A stretch of 64,000 nt of DNA from a bacterium. GTDB lineage: Bacteria > Patescibacteriota > Patescibacteriia > Magasanikbacterales > GWA2-37-8. Every line of letters starts with the position of its first letter. Within the stretch, counting starts at the first letter, position 1. The notes below the pieces were generated by a model, which saw nothing but the letters and a program-made list of their open reading frames with translations, made no database searches and was not told the origin of the DNA. Positions 26,520 through 36,823 of this stretch are shown in pieces. Location: contig JBDROJ010000030.1 in the NCBI GenBank assembly GCA_043810165.1, forward strand, positions 866 through 64,865. The letters are read 5' to 3'. Made by a program: the position numbers and the translations under genes.

Positions 26520-27875
26520 TTAGTAATTCAAAACCCACAATCCTTTTTTATTATATGGAGTATGATACAATTTGCGGTTTTTGCTGTCTGTGGCCACTTG
26601 TCTGGCGCCTGTGTCAAGTAAATTATGAGTAACCAGGTAATATGGATATAGAACAGTTACTTTGTCATTCCATGCTAATGCCAAGGCATTGTATTCATCA
26701 AGAGGCGCTACTTGGCCAAGTCCGGCTCCAGATCGGTTTTGCAATTCTGGTAATTCGTTTTCAATATAAGTCCATAGTTCCCAAGGGCTCCAGATAAGCC
26801 ACCAATCATTGTGCGGAGAAATCAAGAGGTTCTCGCCATTTAAATTATGTGTTCTTTGATTGTTGATAATCGTCATCTCGGATTCGTTTTTTTTAATCAA
26901 TACATTATCATCTTTGCAGATTAACAATTGGTAATTTGTTTGATTTTCATCTAACTCTTTTTCTTTTAGAGTAATTTCGGTAAATTTGGAACTAAATCCA
27001 AGCCTGTCTTTAATCACCTCTATTTTTTTGCTGGTGGTATTATATTCCATTACCCAGAGCCGGTTGTCTTCCATATACCAGTCAACAAATTGATTACCAC
27101 TGATTTTTTTGGTATTTCCGGTGGCCGGAATAAAAGAAAATATGCCTTGTTCGGTGCTATAAAATAACTCGGGTTGTGTTCCTTGCTTCCATTGCGTCTT
27201 TTGCAGCGTGCCCGTACTAATTGGCAGGCTAGCCAATTCAGGCGTTTTATCTATGCAAAGCAAAGTAGGTTTTATTTTTTTTTCTGATAAATTGATTGTC
27301 GCGCAGTTGTATTTTGGCGCCCATTCGGCCAGCATTGAATAAGTAGAAGTAGATTTGAATAATAGATTTTCTTTTTGCTGTTCTTGATCCAATAGCCAAA
27401 TTTCAGTTTGTTGATTATTTTTTGCTTGATAAATTAAAAATTGATTGTCCGAAGAAAGAGAAAATGATATTATTTCTTTGTCTATTAGCAGTTCGGGCAA
27501 GTTTTTTTTGATTAGATTAATTTCTTTAATATATACTGTTTGCTTGCTTTTAATTTCTATTTCTTTTTGCCAGTCATAGTACCCTTCAGTTTTTATAGAT
27601 AGAAGATACTTGCCCTGTTCCACATTTTTTAATTTAATTTTTTTATCCAAAGTATTTTTTTTAAGTTCTACCTGATTCAAAAATACTTGTCCATTTTTTG
27701 GTTGTATATCCACGCTTAAAGAACCGGTTTCATAAGGCTTGTGCATGCTCCAGTCATAGCGATAGCCAATTGTGTACATAATAATCAGCGGTGAAATTAC
27801 AAAAAAGCAAAATACGAAGAAAGTTAGCAAAGCTATACGAAATGGCTTGGTAAATTTTGTTCCCGGGTATTCCAT
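26520..27875 (-). CDS. PEGA-domain membrane-anchored protein
   Basis: N-terminal TM, GYRYD, TGSLSVDIQPK..GKYLLSIKTEGYYDWQK; propeller-like C-terminus. Confidence 0.75.
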   Translation of the reverse strand: MEYPGTKFTKPFRIALLTFFVFCFFVISPLIIMYTIGYRYDWSMHKPYETGSLSVDIQPKNGQVFLNQVELKKNTLDKKIKLKNVEQGKYLLSIKTEGYYDWQKEIEIKSKQTVYIKEINLIKKNLPELLIDKEIISFSLSSDNQFLIYQAKNNQQTEIWLLDQEQQKENLLFKSTSTYSMLAEWAPKYNCATINLSEKKIKPTLLCIDKTPELASLPISTGTLQKTQWKQGTQPELFYSTEQGIFSFIPATGNTKKISGNQFVDWYMEDNRLWVMEYNTTSKKIEVIKDRLGFSSKFTEITLKEKELDENQTNYQLLICKDDNVLIKKNESEMTIINNQRTHNLNGENLLISPHNDWWLIWSPWELWTYIENELPELQNRSGAGLGQVAPLDEYNALALAWNDKVTVLYPYYLVTHNLLDTGARQVATDSKNRKLYHTPYNKKGLWVLNY

Positions 27876-27973
27876 ATAGATGGGTTTGCAAAACTATGTT
27901 ATTTATAATATACTGTAATGTACATAATAGCCTAGTTTGGGTGAAATATCAAATCATGAAATATCAAATTACT

Positions 27974-29293
27974 ATGTCCAATCTAATCATCAATGGTGGA
28001 AAAAAATTAAAAGGCAATATAATCAATCAGACAGCCAAAAATTCAGCTGTGGCAATTTTGTGTGCCTGCTTGCTGGTTAAAAAAGGCAGGACCCTATTGT
28101 CTGATGTTCCTCAAATTGAAGAAGTTAACCGCATTTTAGAATTATTGGCCAGTATTGGCGTTAAAATAGAAAAAATTGGCCAAAATCAACTACAGGTAGA
28201 TGCCAGCCATGAATTGAATATGGAAAATATGGACAAGCATGCCTGTTGCGTTACCCGTTCATCTTTGATGCTAATCGGCGCTTTGGCATGTCGTACCGCA
28301 AAATATAAATTATATAAATCAGGCGGATGCAGGCTTGGCCAGCGCACTGTTCGCCCTCATATTTTTGCTTTAAGTGATTTTGGCGTTAGCATTAATTCTA
28401 AAAAGTCATGTTATGAAATAGGGAATAGTCCTTTGCGGTCAGCAGATATAGTTATGTATGAATCTGGCGATACTGCCACTGAAAATGCCATTATGACGGC
28501 CGTTTTGTCGCCGGGAGTCAGCCATATCAAAATGGCCTCGGCCAATTATATGGTTCAAGACTTATGTTATTTTTTACAGAAAGCTGGCGCTAAGATTCAA
28601 GGCATTGGCACAACCAATTTAACAATAGAGGGAGTGGATAGTCTGGATCCGGTGCAAGATTATTCCATTATGCCAGATCCGATTGTGGCCATGACTTACT
28701 TATCTGTTGCCATTGTGACCGGATCGCAATTAATAGTTGAAAATTGTCCTTTAGATTTTCTGGAGTTGGAATTATATAAATTAAAGGTAATGGGGCAAAA
28801 GTTTGAATTTAAGAACAAGAGGCTTTCAAAAAACGGTCAATTTACGATTGTGGATATAGAAGTTATTCCAAGTCAGTTATCCGCTTTGCCTGATAAAATT
28901 TACGGCAGGCCGTTTCCGGGCTTGAATATTGATAACCTGCCTTTGTTTGTGCCGATTTTAACTCAAGCAAAAGGCAGAACCCTTGTGCATGATTGGGCTT
29001 ATGAAAATCGGTCGGTTTATTATTTGGAATTGGTAAAGTTGGGCGCTAATATCACAATGCTGGATTCGCATCGCGTATGGGTGGAAGGCCCCACTGAATT
29101 TAATCCAAATAATTTAAAATGTCCGCCGGCCTTGCGCTTAGCCATTAATTTATTGATTTGCATGCTGGCGGCTGGCGGTAAATCAGTTCTGCGCAACACG
29201 TATCCAATTGATAGAGGGTATGAAGACCTGTATCATGTCTTAAATTCAGTTGGCGCTGACATAACAGTTAAAAAATCTAATACAAAATCATGA
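27974..29293 (+). CDS. murA: UDP-N-acetylglucosamine 1-carboxyvinyltransferase
   Basis: INGGKKLKG, AKNS, GGCRLGQR active-site loop, ATEN, PFPG, YENR, IDRGYE; likely start MSNLI at 27974. Confidence 0.9.
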   Translation: MSNLIINGGKKLKGNIINQTAKNSAVAILCACLLVKKGRTLLSDVPQIEEVNRILELLASIGVKIEKIGQNQLQVDASHELNMENMDKHACCVTRSSLMLIGALACRTAKYKLYKSGGCRLGQRTVRPHIFALSDFGVSINSKKSCYEIGNSPLRSADIVMYESGDTATENAIMTAVLSPGVSHIKMASANYMVQDLCYFLQKAGAKIQGIGTTNLTIEGVDSLDPVQDYSIMPDPIVAMTYLSVAIVTGSQLIVENCPLDFLELELYKLKVMGQKFEFKNKRLSKNGQFTIVDIEVIPSQLSALPDKIYGRPFPGLNIDNLPLFVPILTQAKGRTLVHDWAYENRSVYYLELVKLGANITMLDSHRVWVEGPTEFNPNNLKCPPALRLAINLLICMLAAGGKSVLRNTYPIDRGYEDLYHVLNSVGADITVKKSNTKS

Positions 29294-30558
29294 ATATTGA
29301 TTCACCGGCTAAAATAAGAGCAAAAAAATACGCAGGCATTTATCTGTCCGTTATTTTATTTATTATTTCTTTTGGATTAGGCCTGGTAATAGGAAAGACT
29401 TGGTTTGTTAAAGAGCAGATCAGCAACGATAGGGGCGAGGTTGAAATTTCCAAAGTAGTTGGATTGAATAGATCTTTAAATAAATCAGATAGCGTGGACT
29501 TTGAGTTATTTTGGGATGTATGGGATAAGATTAATAAAAAATATGCAAAAGAAGAGTTCAAAGAAGTCGATATGTTTTATGGTGCATTGCAGGGAATGGT
29601 AATGTCTTTGGGCGATCCATACTCTATTTTTATGCCACCAAAAATGGCTTTGGAATTTTCCAAGGATATTTCCGGGGAATTAGAAGGGATTGGCTGTGAG
29701 ATGGGCATAAAAGAAGGCCAGCTGGTTGTTATTTCGCCTTTGCCTGATTCTCCGGCTGAAAAAGCCGGATTAAGGCCGGGCGACAAGGTATTGTCTATTA
29801 ATGGAACTTCTACTTTTGGCATGGGCATAATGCAGGCAGTTAATTTAATACGGGGCAAGGCTGATACAGAAGTGGTTTTGGGCGTCAGAAGAAATGGAGA
29901 TAGCAAGACTCAAGACATTAAAATAATACGAGCTAAAATAGATATTCCGGCTATTTTGTATTCAGTCAAAAATAATAATGTTGCATATTTAAGGGTTATG
30001 CAATTTAATGGCAGTACCGCAAGCGAACTTGACAAATATGCCAAGCAAATTAGCAATAATAAATTCAAAAGCGTGATTTTAGATTTGCGTGGCAATCCTG
30101 GCGGATATCTGCAATCAGCGGTAAGCGTATCAGGCCAGTGGGTTGACAAAGATCAGATCGTGGTAAGTCAGAAGAATAAGAATCAAGATACAGGTAATTT
30201 GAAAAGCCAAGGCCCGAGTCGTTTAAAGGGTTTGAAAACAATTGTTTTGGTCAATCGCGGTTCGGCTTCAGCTTCAGAAATTGTGGCAGGCGCTTTGCAG
30301 GATTATGGTTTGGCCGTGATTATGGGTGAAACAACATTTGGCAAAGGTTCTGTGCAAGATTTTCAGACATTTACTGATGGTTCTGCCTTAAAATTGACGG
30401 TGGCCGAATGGTTTACGCCCAATGGCAAGAATATAAACGAATCAGGAGTGATGCCCGATATTGAAATAAAAGAAGATTGGATCAAACAAGATGTCGGAGA
30501 AGATGAAATGTTGGACCAAGCTTTAAAATTATTTGCAAGTAGTACGTTTAAATGGTAA
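29290..30558 (+). CDS. S41 family C-terminal processing protease (PDZ)
   Basis: LGDPYS, GIG PDZ loop, LDLRGNPGG, SASASEI, TFGKGSVQ. Confidence 0.93.
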   Translation: MNIDSPAKIRAKKYAGIYLSVILFIISFGLGLVIGKTWFVKEQISNDRGEVEISKVVGLNRSLNKSDSVDFELFWDVWDKINKKYAKEEFKEVDMFYGALQGMVMSLGDPYSIFMPPKMALEFSKDISGELEGIGCEMGIKEGQLVVISPLPDSPAEKAGLRPGDKVLSINGTSTFGMGIMQAVNLIRGKADTEVVLGVRRNGDSKTQDIKIIRAKIDIPAILYSVKNNNVAYLRVMQFNGSTASELDKYAKQISNNKFKSVILDLRGNPGGYLQSAVSVSGQWVDKDQIVVSQKNKNQDTGNLKSQGPSRLKGLKTIVLVNRGSASASEIVAGALQDYGLAVIMGETTFGKGSVQDFQTFTDGSALKLTVAEWFTPNGKNINESGVMPDIEIKEDWIKQDVGEDEMLDQALKLFASSTFKW

Positions 30559-30591
30559 AATGCCAATTAATTATTTTTAATAATAAAGAAT

Positions 30592-30882
30592 ATGTTATCA
30601 GACAAAATTCTTTCATCAGAACGTCCCGAGGATTATCCCGAAGGTTCTGATTATCCTAGAACCGGAGATGGTCCAGTGCTTGAAAAGTCAGATGTAGTAT
30701 ATAAGAATTATGGGGGCAGATCTAAAAAAGCAGAAGCCTATAAATTTGGACAGAAGCTTACTAATGATTCGGGCTATGTTAAAACAGAAGATATACCCTC
30801 TGATGATAGCGGTATGAGCATGGAAGAAGCTTTAGATGAAAAGCGCAGATTAGAAAAAGAGCAAGATTATAAAGAATTATAA
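30592..30882 (+). CDS. Hypothetical acidic protein
   Basis: 96-aa ATG ORF followed by terminator-like hairpin. Confidence 0.6.
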   Translation: MLSDKILSSERPEDYPEGSDYPRTGDGPVLEKSDVVYKNYGGRSKKAEAYKFGQKLTNDSGYVKTEDIPSDDSGMSMEEALDEKRRLEKEQDYKEL

Positions 30883-31019
30883 TATAATTGAACACAAATC
30901 AAACCCGCCATCATATACATTAATGCGGGTTTTTTATAATTATTTGGTTTTGTAAAAGACTTGTATTAAGTGAAAATATAGTATAGGATAAGAACATATT
31001 AATTAATATAACCAATTAT

Positions 31020-31214
31020 ATGCGTATATTATTTGAAGTATTATTAATAATTATCATAGCCGGGTTTGCTTTTAAAGCATTTGGCTGGATATTTCCCAAA
31101 AAAGGATGTGAAAAAGGTCGAAATGAAGAACAAAGTAAACCAGGAGAAGTTAAGCCTGAAGTTGTGGAGGGCCAAGTTGTGGAGGATCAAGAGGGGTCTA
31201 ATTCAGTAGAATAA
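31020..31214 (+). CDS. Small membrane protein
   Basis: N-terminal TM, acidic tail; upstream of SPFH gene. Confidence 0.55.
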   Translation: MRILFEVLLIIIIAGFAFKAFGWIFPKKGCEKGRNEEQSKPGEVKPEVVEGQVVEDQEGSNSVE

Positions 31215-31219
31215 AATTT

Positions 31220-32023
31220 ATGGACAATTTGAAGAATAAGAAATATATCGTGGGGGCGATAATTTTTTTGTTTGCTTTAAGTGCTTTTTCAATTCTTAAT
31301 CCCATGGTAAAAATTACTGCGGGTCAGCGCGGAGTAGTCTTAAAATGGGGAGCAGTATCAGGCAGAATTTTAGACGAAGGGATACATTGGCTAATGCCGG
31401 TTATGGATGAGGTAGTTAAAATGGATGTTAAAGTTCAGAAAGAAGAAAAAGGAGCCACGGCTTCTTCCAAAGACCTGCAAACAGTTACCTCCAAGGTAGC
31501 AATTAATTATCATCTGGATTCCAAGAAAGTTGATAAATTATGGCAGGAAGTTGGTAAAGATTATAGCAATAGGGTAATTGCTCCGGCCATTGAGGAATTT
31601 GTCAAAAAAACCACAGCCAAATACACGGCCGAACAATTGATTACCAAAAGAGAAGATGTGAAAGCTGATCTAAAAAGCGCTCTTACAGAAAATTTGGCCA
31701 AGAATAATATTATCGTTGATGATATCTTTATTACTGATTTTAAGTTTTCTGATACTTTTAATGCAGCCATTGAAGCCAAGGTAACAGCTGAACAAAGAGC
31801 CTTAGAATCCAAGAATAAATTAGAACAGGTTAAGTATGAAGCTGAACAAAGAGTAGCAAAAGCCACAGCAGATGCTCAAGCAATTAAAATTCAAGCTCAA
31901 GCCATTACTCAACAAGGTGGCAAGGATTATGTGCAATTAAAAGCCATTGAAAAATGGGATGGCAAATTACCAATGCAGATGATACCCAATGCTTCTGTGC
32001 CTTTTCTAGATTTGACCAAATAG
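31220..32023 (+). CDS. Prohibitin/SPFH (band 7) family protein
   Basis: AGQRGVV..EGIHW, SKDLQTV, AIEAKVTAEQ, IEKWDGKLP. Confidence 0.92.
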   Translation: MDNLKNKKYIVGAIIFLFALSAFSILNPMVKITAGQRGVVLKWGAVSGRILDEGIHWLMPVMDEVVKMDVKVQKEEKGATASSKDLQTVTSKVAINYHLDSKKVDKLWQEVGKDYSNRVIAPAIEEFVKKTTAKYTAEQLITKREDVKADLKSALTENLAKNNIIVDDIFITDFKFSDTFNAAIEAKVTAEQRALESKNKLEQVKYEAEQRVAKATADAQAIKIQAQAITQQGGKDYVQLKAIEKWDGKLPMQMIPNASVPFLDLTK

Positions 32024-32099
32024 AAAAATGTCATCCCGAGAGAAATCCAAGGATCTAAAAAATACTGATTTAAATCAGTATTTTTTAAACTTATGGATT

Positions 32100-32984
32100 T
32101 TATACCCGTTCTACCCAATGCTTGTCTGTTTCAACTTCCAATTTAAGAAAGATCTTTTTATTTAAAGCGATTTCAAGCTCCTTTCGCGCCATAGTGCCTA
32201 TTTGTTTTATGGTGGCGCCACCATGCCCGATTATCATCTTTTTGTATTGGCTTTCTGAAGTAAAGATGGTGGCCATGATTTTAATAATGTCAGGATGGTC
32301 TTCAATTTCATCCACATTCACATGAGTGGAATATGGAAGTTCCTGGCGTAAAGTATTAAATACTTTTTCTCTGATTATTTCGGCTATCCATTGTTCCTCG
32401 CTCAAATTGGTTATCTGGTTATGAGGATAAGACGGCTGGCCAACTGGCAACATCTCAAAGATTTTTTTCCGCAAAGGCTTGATGTGCTTGTCTTTTAGAG
32501 CAGAAACTTCAAAGATAAATTTGAAATCTTCGTCAAGTTCTTTGTATTCGCTTAAATATTCTTTAACTTGTTCTGGCAAGTCTGATTTGTTAATAACTAA
32601 TATTTTAGGAATATCTAATTTACGAACCAATGACAATGTATATTTTTCTTCTTCCCCAAGGCTTTTGCTTGGATCAACCACATATATTATGAGATCAATA
32701 TCCTGCAATGCTTCACGCACTCGTTTTAACATTTTGCCTGACATGGCGCTTTTTTTATGCTTAAGCACGCCAGGAGTGTCAACAAACACAGCCTGTCCTT
32801 GCGCATCATTAAGAACTCCATGAATCACATCTCTGGTTGTTTGTGGTTTTTTGGTTACGGCCGCGATTTTAGTGCCAACCAAAGTGTTCATTAAAGTGGA
32901 TTTGCCCACATTTGATCGGCCTATCAGCGTAACAAAGCCGGATTTGCCTAATTGTTCATCACCCATATTTTTAGCTCTTGCCAT
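32100..32984 (-). CDS. era: GTPase Era
   Basis: KSGFVTLIGRSNVGKST, PQTTR, DTPG, NKSD, ELPYS, KH domain. Confidence 0.95.
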   Translation of the reverse strand: MARAKNMGDEQLGKSGFVTLIGRSNVGKSTLMNTLVGTKIAAVTKKPQTTRDVIHGVLNDAQGQAVFVDTPGVLKHKKSAMSGKMLKRVREALQDIDLIIYVVDPSKSLGEEEKYTLSLVRKLDIPKILVINKSDLPEQVKEYLSEYKELDEDFKFIFEVSALKDKHIKPLRKKIFEMLPVGQPSYPHNQITNLSEEQWIAEIIREKVFNTLRQELPYSTHVNVDEIEDHPDIIKIMATIFTSESQYKKMIIGHGGATIKQIGTMARKELEIALNKKIFLKLEVETDKHWVERV

Positions 32985-33055
32985 TTAAATAATAGTATTG
33001 TAGTATAATATAAGATAATGAGATAATAATCAAGTCTTAATACTATAAACTATCT

Positions 33056-33496
33056 ATGAAAATTGTTTTAATACAAAATGTACATGGTTTGGGCAAAATT
33101 GATGAAATAAAAGAAGTGGCTGACGGATATGCTAATAATTACCTGTTTACTAAAAATCTAGCCATTCCTGCTTCCAAAAAGATGCTTGCGGATTTGCAAA
33201 TGAAAAGGGATAAACAGAAAAAGGATGTGGCCAAAGATCTACAAAACAAGCAGGCTGTGGCAACTCGTTTGGATGGCTACGAGTTAGAAATAAAAGAGAA
33301 GGTCAGCAAAACAGGCTCTTTGTATGCATCTATGAGCACGCAAAAATTAGTTAAAGCCTTGCAAAAGAAAGGATTTAGCGTTGATCAAAGCCAGATAGAA
33401 ATGCCCCATATAAAAGAGGTTGGTGTTTATCAAATAAAGATTAAGTTTGACCACGGCCTTGAAGCCAAAGTCAGCTTGACTGTACTCGCTGAATAA
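33056..33496 (+). CDS. rplI: 50S ribosomal protein L9
   Basis: MKIVLIQNVHGLGK..VADGYANNYL, GSLYAS. Confidence 0.93.
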   Translation: MKIVLIQNVHGLGKIDEIKEVADGYANNYLFTKNLAIPASKKMLADLQMKRDKQKKDVAKDLQNKQAVATRLDGYELEIKEKVSKTGSLYASMSTQKLVKALQKKGFSVDQSQIEMPHIKEVGVYQIKIKFDHGLEAKVSLTVLAE

Positions 33497-33581
33497 TTTA
33501 AGTCTCCCCTAAAAAGGGAGATTTTTTAATTTACAATTTTGTGGTATAATATTAACAGTTTGAAATTAATTTTGTACATTT

Positions 33582-35210
33582 ATGAATACAAAGTATATTT
33601 TTGTTATTGGCGGAGTCTTAAGCGGGGTTGGCAAAGGCGTGACCACTGCTTCAATTGGTCGTATTTTTAAAAATCATGGTTTGAATGTTTCGGCCATTAA
33701 AATTGATCCATACATCAATATTGATGCAGGTACAATGAATCCGGTGGAGCATGGAGAGGTTTTTGTGACTGATGATGGAGATGAAACTGATCAAGATATT
33801 GGTAATTACGAGCGTTTTCTGGAAACTGATATTTATTCTGTAAATTATATGACCACCGGCAGAGTTTATAGGACTGTAATTGAACAAGAGCGCGCTATGT
33901 ATTACAAAGGTCGTTGCGTTGAAGTGGTTCCTCATATACCTTTGGAAGTAATAGGGCGTATTGAATTAGCTGCCAAAAAAGTAAAGGCTGATGTGATGAT
34001 AATAGAGGTGGGCGGAACAGTTGGAGAATATCAAAACATATTATTTTTGGAAGCTGCGCGCATGATGAAGCTTAAACAGCCTGATGATGTCAGTTTTGTA
34101 TTGGTTAGCTTTTTGCCAGTGCCAAGGCATCTTGGCGAGATGAAGACCAAGCCGACCCAGCATGCGGCTCGCACTTTGAATAGCAGTGGAATTCAAGCTG
34201 ATTTTATTGTGGCGCGCGGACAGTATAAATTAGACAAGCCAAGAAGAGAAAAGTTGGCCTTGCTTTGCGGTTTGCGTTCTGAAGAAGAAATTATTTCAGC
34301 TCCTGATGTGGACAGTATTTACGAAATTCCGGCCGTTTTAGAAAAACAAAAGCTTTATGAATTATTGTGCAAACGATTAAAATTGAAAACAACGGCTGTG
34401 CGCAGTAAAAAATGGGACAGTTTTGTGAGAAAGATGAAGCAATCCGGCAAAAGCGTTAAAATAGCCGTGGTGGGCAAATATTTTGGCACCGGCGATTTTA
34501 CTTTGGCTGATTCATATATTTCCGTAATTGAAGCAACCAAACATGCGGCTTGGGATAACGGAGCCACGCCAGAGATGACATGGATAGATTCCGAACAGTA
34601 TGAGGCCAATCCGAAAAAGATTAAAGAGCTAGACAAGTATGATGCTGTGATAGTTCCTGGCGGATTTGGTACGCGCGGGGTAGAAGGTATAATTATGGCC
34701 ATTAAATATGCGCGCGAGAATAAAATTCCTTATCTTGGATTATGTTATGGCATGCAATTGGCTTCAGTAGAATTTGCCCGCAATGTGTTGGGTTTGAAAG
34801 ATGTTCATACAATAGAATTTAATCCAGATAGTCCTGATTTGATTATTCATATTAATGAGACACAAGCTAAAAATGTGGCCAAGCATCGTTATGGCGGTAC
34901 CATGCGTTTGGGAGCTTATGATTGTACTTTGAAAGAGGGGACAAAGGTAAGGAAATTATATGGCAAGAAAAATATAAGCGAACGCCATCGCCATCGTTAT
35001 GAGTTTAACAATAAATACCGAGCTGATTTGGAAAAGGCTGGCATGCATATAGCCGGTGTCAATGAAAAAGCCAACCTGGTTGAAATAATTGAATTAAAAG
35101 ATCATCCATATTTTGTCGGAACTCAATTTCATCCTGAATTTAAATCACGGCCATTGCAACCGCACCCATTATTTGTCGGGTTGATTAAAGCTGGTTTGAA
35201 GAAGAAATAA
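33582..35210 (+). CDS. pyrG: CTP synthase
   Basis: KYIFVIGGVLSGVGKG, KIDPYIN, GLCYGMQ, ERHRHRYE, QFHPE. Confidence 0.97.
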   Translation: MNTKYIFVIGGVLSGVGKGVTTASIGRIFKNHGLNVSAIKIDPYINIDAGTMNPVEHGEVFVTDDGDETDQDIGNYERFLETDIYSVNYMTTGRVYRTVIEQERAMYYKGRCVEVVPHIPLEVIGRIELAAKKVKADVMIIEVGGTVGEYQNILFLEAARMMKLKQPDDVSFVLVSFLPVPRHLGEMKTKPTQHAARTLNSSGIQADFIVARGQYKLDKPRREKLALLCGLRSEEEIISAPDVDSIYEIPAVLEKQKLYELLCKRLKLKTTAVRSKKWDSFVRKMKQSGKSVKIAVVGKYFGTGDFTLADSYISVIEATKHAAWDNGATPEMTWIDSEQYEANPKKIKELDKYDAVIVPGGFGTRGVEGIIMAIKYARENKIPYLGLCYGMQLASVEFARNVLGLKDVHTIEFNPDSPDLIIHINETQAKNVAKHRYGGTMRLGAYDCTLKEGTKVRKLYGKKNISERHRHRYEFNNKYRADLEKAGMHIAGVNEKANLVEIIELKDHPYFVGTQFHPEFKSRPLQPHPLFVGLIKAGLKKK

Positions 35211-35336
35211 TGTCATTGCGAGCGAAGCATCACTGTCATTGCGAGGAGCGGAGCGACGAAGCAATCTCGTTATTACTAGAACCAACGAGATTGCTTCGCT
35301 TACGCTCGCAATGACAGCAGAGACGCTCGCAATGAC
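35211..35336. repeat. Full nested palindromic repeat (REPIN-like)
   Basis: Starts directly after the pyrG stop; doubled TGTCATTGCGAG ends, spacer TCGTTATTACTAGAACCAACGA. Confidence 0.88.
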
Positions 35337-35353
35337 TGGTTTTGGCAGTTTTG

Positions 35354-36727
35354 TTATCTCCCAGCCATTCTCACTACTATATTTATGGTCCTCAAAATTA
35401 TTCCGATATCCAATAGAGGACCTCGATTTTTTATATAATATAAATCATATTCAAGCTTGCGCAGGTTTTCATCCAGACTGCCTGTATACCCATGCCTAAT
35501 CTGCGCCCAGCCGGTTACGCCCGGCTTAACAAGATGGCGCAGAGCATAATATGGCATCTGCTGTATAATAGGATCTACAAATTCAGGACGTTCAGGCCGT
35601 GGCCCGATAATGGACATCTCGCCTTTAAGTATATTAATGAACTGCGGAATTTCGTCCAAGCGGGTTTTACGCAATATTGAACCTACTTTAGTGATACGGG
35701 CGTCTTTTTTGTCAGCAAATTGAGGGCCGTGAATTTCAGCACTGCCATCGGCTGACAATACTTTCATGGTTCGTAATTTATATAAATAAAAAGTTTTTCC
35801 AAGCTTGCCAACGCGTTTTTGCTTAAAAAACAAGGGTCCGTGTGAATTTAATTTTATGGCCAAGGCAACCGGTGCCAGAACAATTAAAAAGAAAGCACCG
35901 ATAATCAAAGCCGACAGATAATCAACTATCAACCATAAGCGGTCATATATTTTTTTCTTTTGTTCCTGCAAGTTGCCTATAAACCAGCCTTCTGAAAAAG
36001 TGAAAGGAGGAATCCTGCCCATTATTTCTTCGTAAAAATTAGCCAGGCTTACAACGCTTATCTGTTGAAACAACCCGTTGTATAGATCTTTTAATATGGC
36101 CACTTTATCCTCCATGGTTGGAGACAAGACGATGACATTAGGAGTGCTGACGCTGGCAGAATTAATTTCTGCCAAAGAGCTTCCTATATAAATATCAGGA
36201 AATTCTTGAGTGATTGAGAAATCGTCAGTTATTATGCCTTTTACTTTATAGCCAAATTGAGGTTCTTTTCTAATTATTTTTATTAACTCTTTTATCTCCG
36301 GAGTTATGCCGGCAAACACCACATTTAATTGCCAGACAGAGGCTGATATAAAACGGTTGTAAGTATAGCGCCATACAGCAACCAGGCTAAAACCAATAAC
36401 TGTGGTCAATACAAGTATGGTTTTTGGGGATACTTTTTCATCAGGATTAATATAAAAATAAAGCATGCCCATAACCAGCCAAATTAAGGCGGTTAATAAT
36501 ATGCGCTGGTATAATTTTTTGTCGTTTTTACTGGGTCCAACATCATAAAGCCCGGCAATGAACATGAGCAGGCCGGCAAATAAGAATAATATGGTCATCG
36601 GAGCTATTAGATTGGTCATGACTTGTTTATGCAGTTCTAAATGCCGAAGAGCCAAGGCAAAGAGCAGGCCTAGATACATAGCTGATAAATCTCCTAATAA
36701 TAAAGTAAGTTGTTTTAAGCGGTACAT
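35354..36727 (-). CDS. Polyprenyl glycosylphosphotransferase (WcaJ/WbaP-like sugar transferase)
   Basis: N-terminal TMs; FKQKRVG, KLRTM, DARITKVG..LRKTRLDEIPQ, GPRPE, KPGVTGWAQ. Confidence 0.92.
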   Translation of the reverse strand: MYRLKQLTLLLGDLSAMYLGLLFALALRHLELHKQVMTNLIAPMTILFLFAGLLMFIAGLYDVGPSKNDKKLYQRILLTALIWLVMGMLYFYINPDEKVSPKTILVLTTVIGFSLVAVWRYTYNRFISASVWQLNVVFAGITPEIKELIKIIRKEPQFGYKVKGIITDDFSITQEFPDIYIGSSLAEINSASVSTPNVIVLSPTMEDKVAILKDLYNGLFQQISVVSLANFYEEIMGRIPPFTFSEGWFIGNLQEQKKKIYDRLWLIVDYLSALIIGAFFLIVLAPVALAIKLNSHGPLFFKQKRVGKLGKTFYLYKLRTMKVLSADGSAEIHGPQFADKKDARITKVGSILRKTRLDEIPQFINILKGEMSIIGPRPERPEFVDPIIQQMPYYALRHLVKPGVTGWAQIRHGYTGSLDENLRKLEYDLYYIKNRGPLLDIGIILRTINIVVRMAGR

Positions 36728-36823
36728 GTTGAATTGAAATTAAGTTTAAGATGACACCATGCTTATTGTATAGTATAATACCAATATCTGTAAGTCTAAT
36801 TTAAAGCTCGGTATAAGTTAATT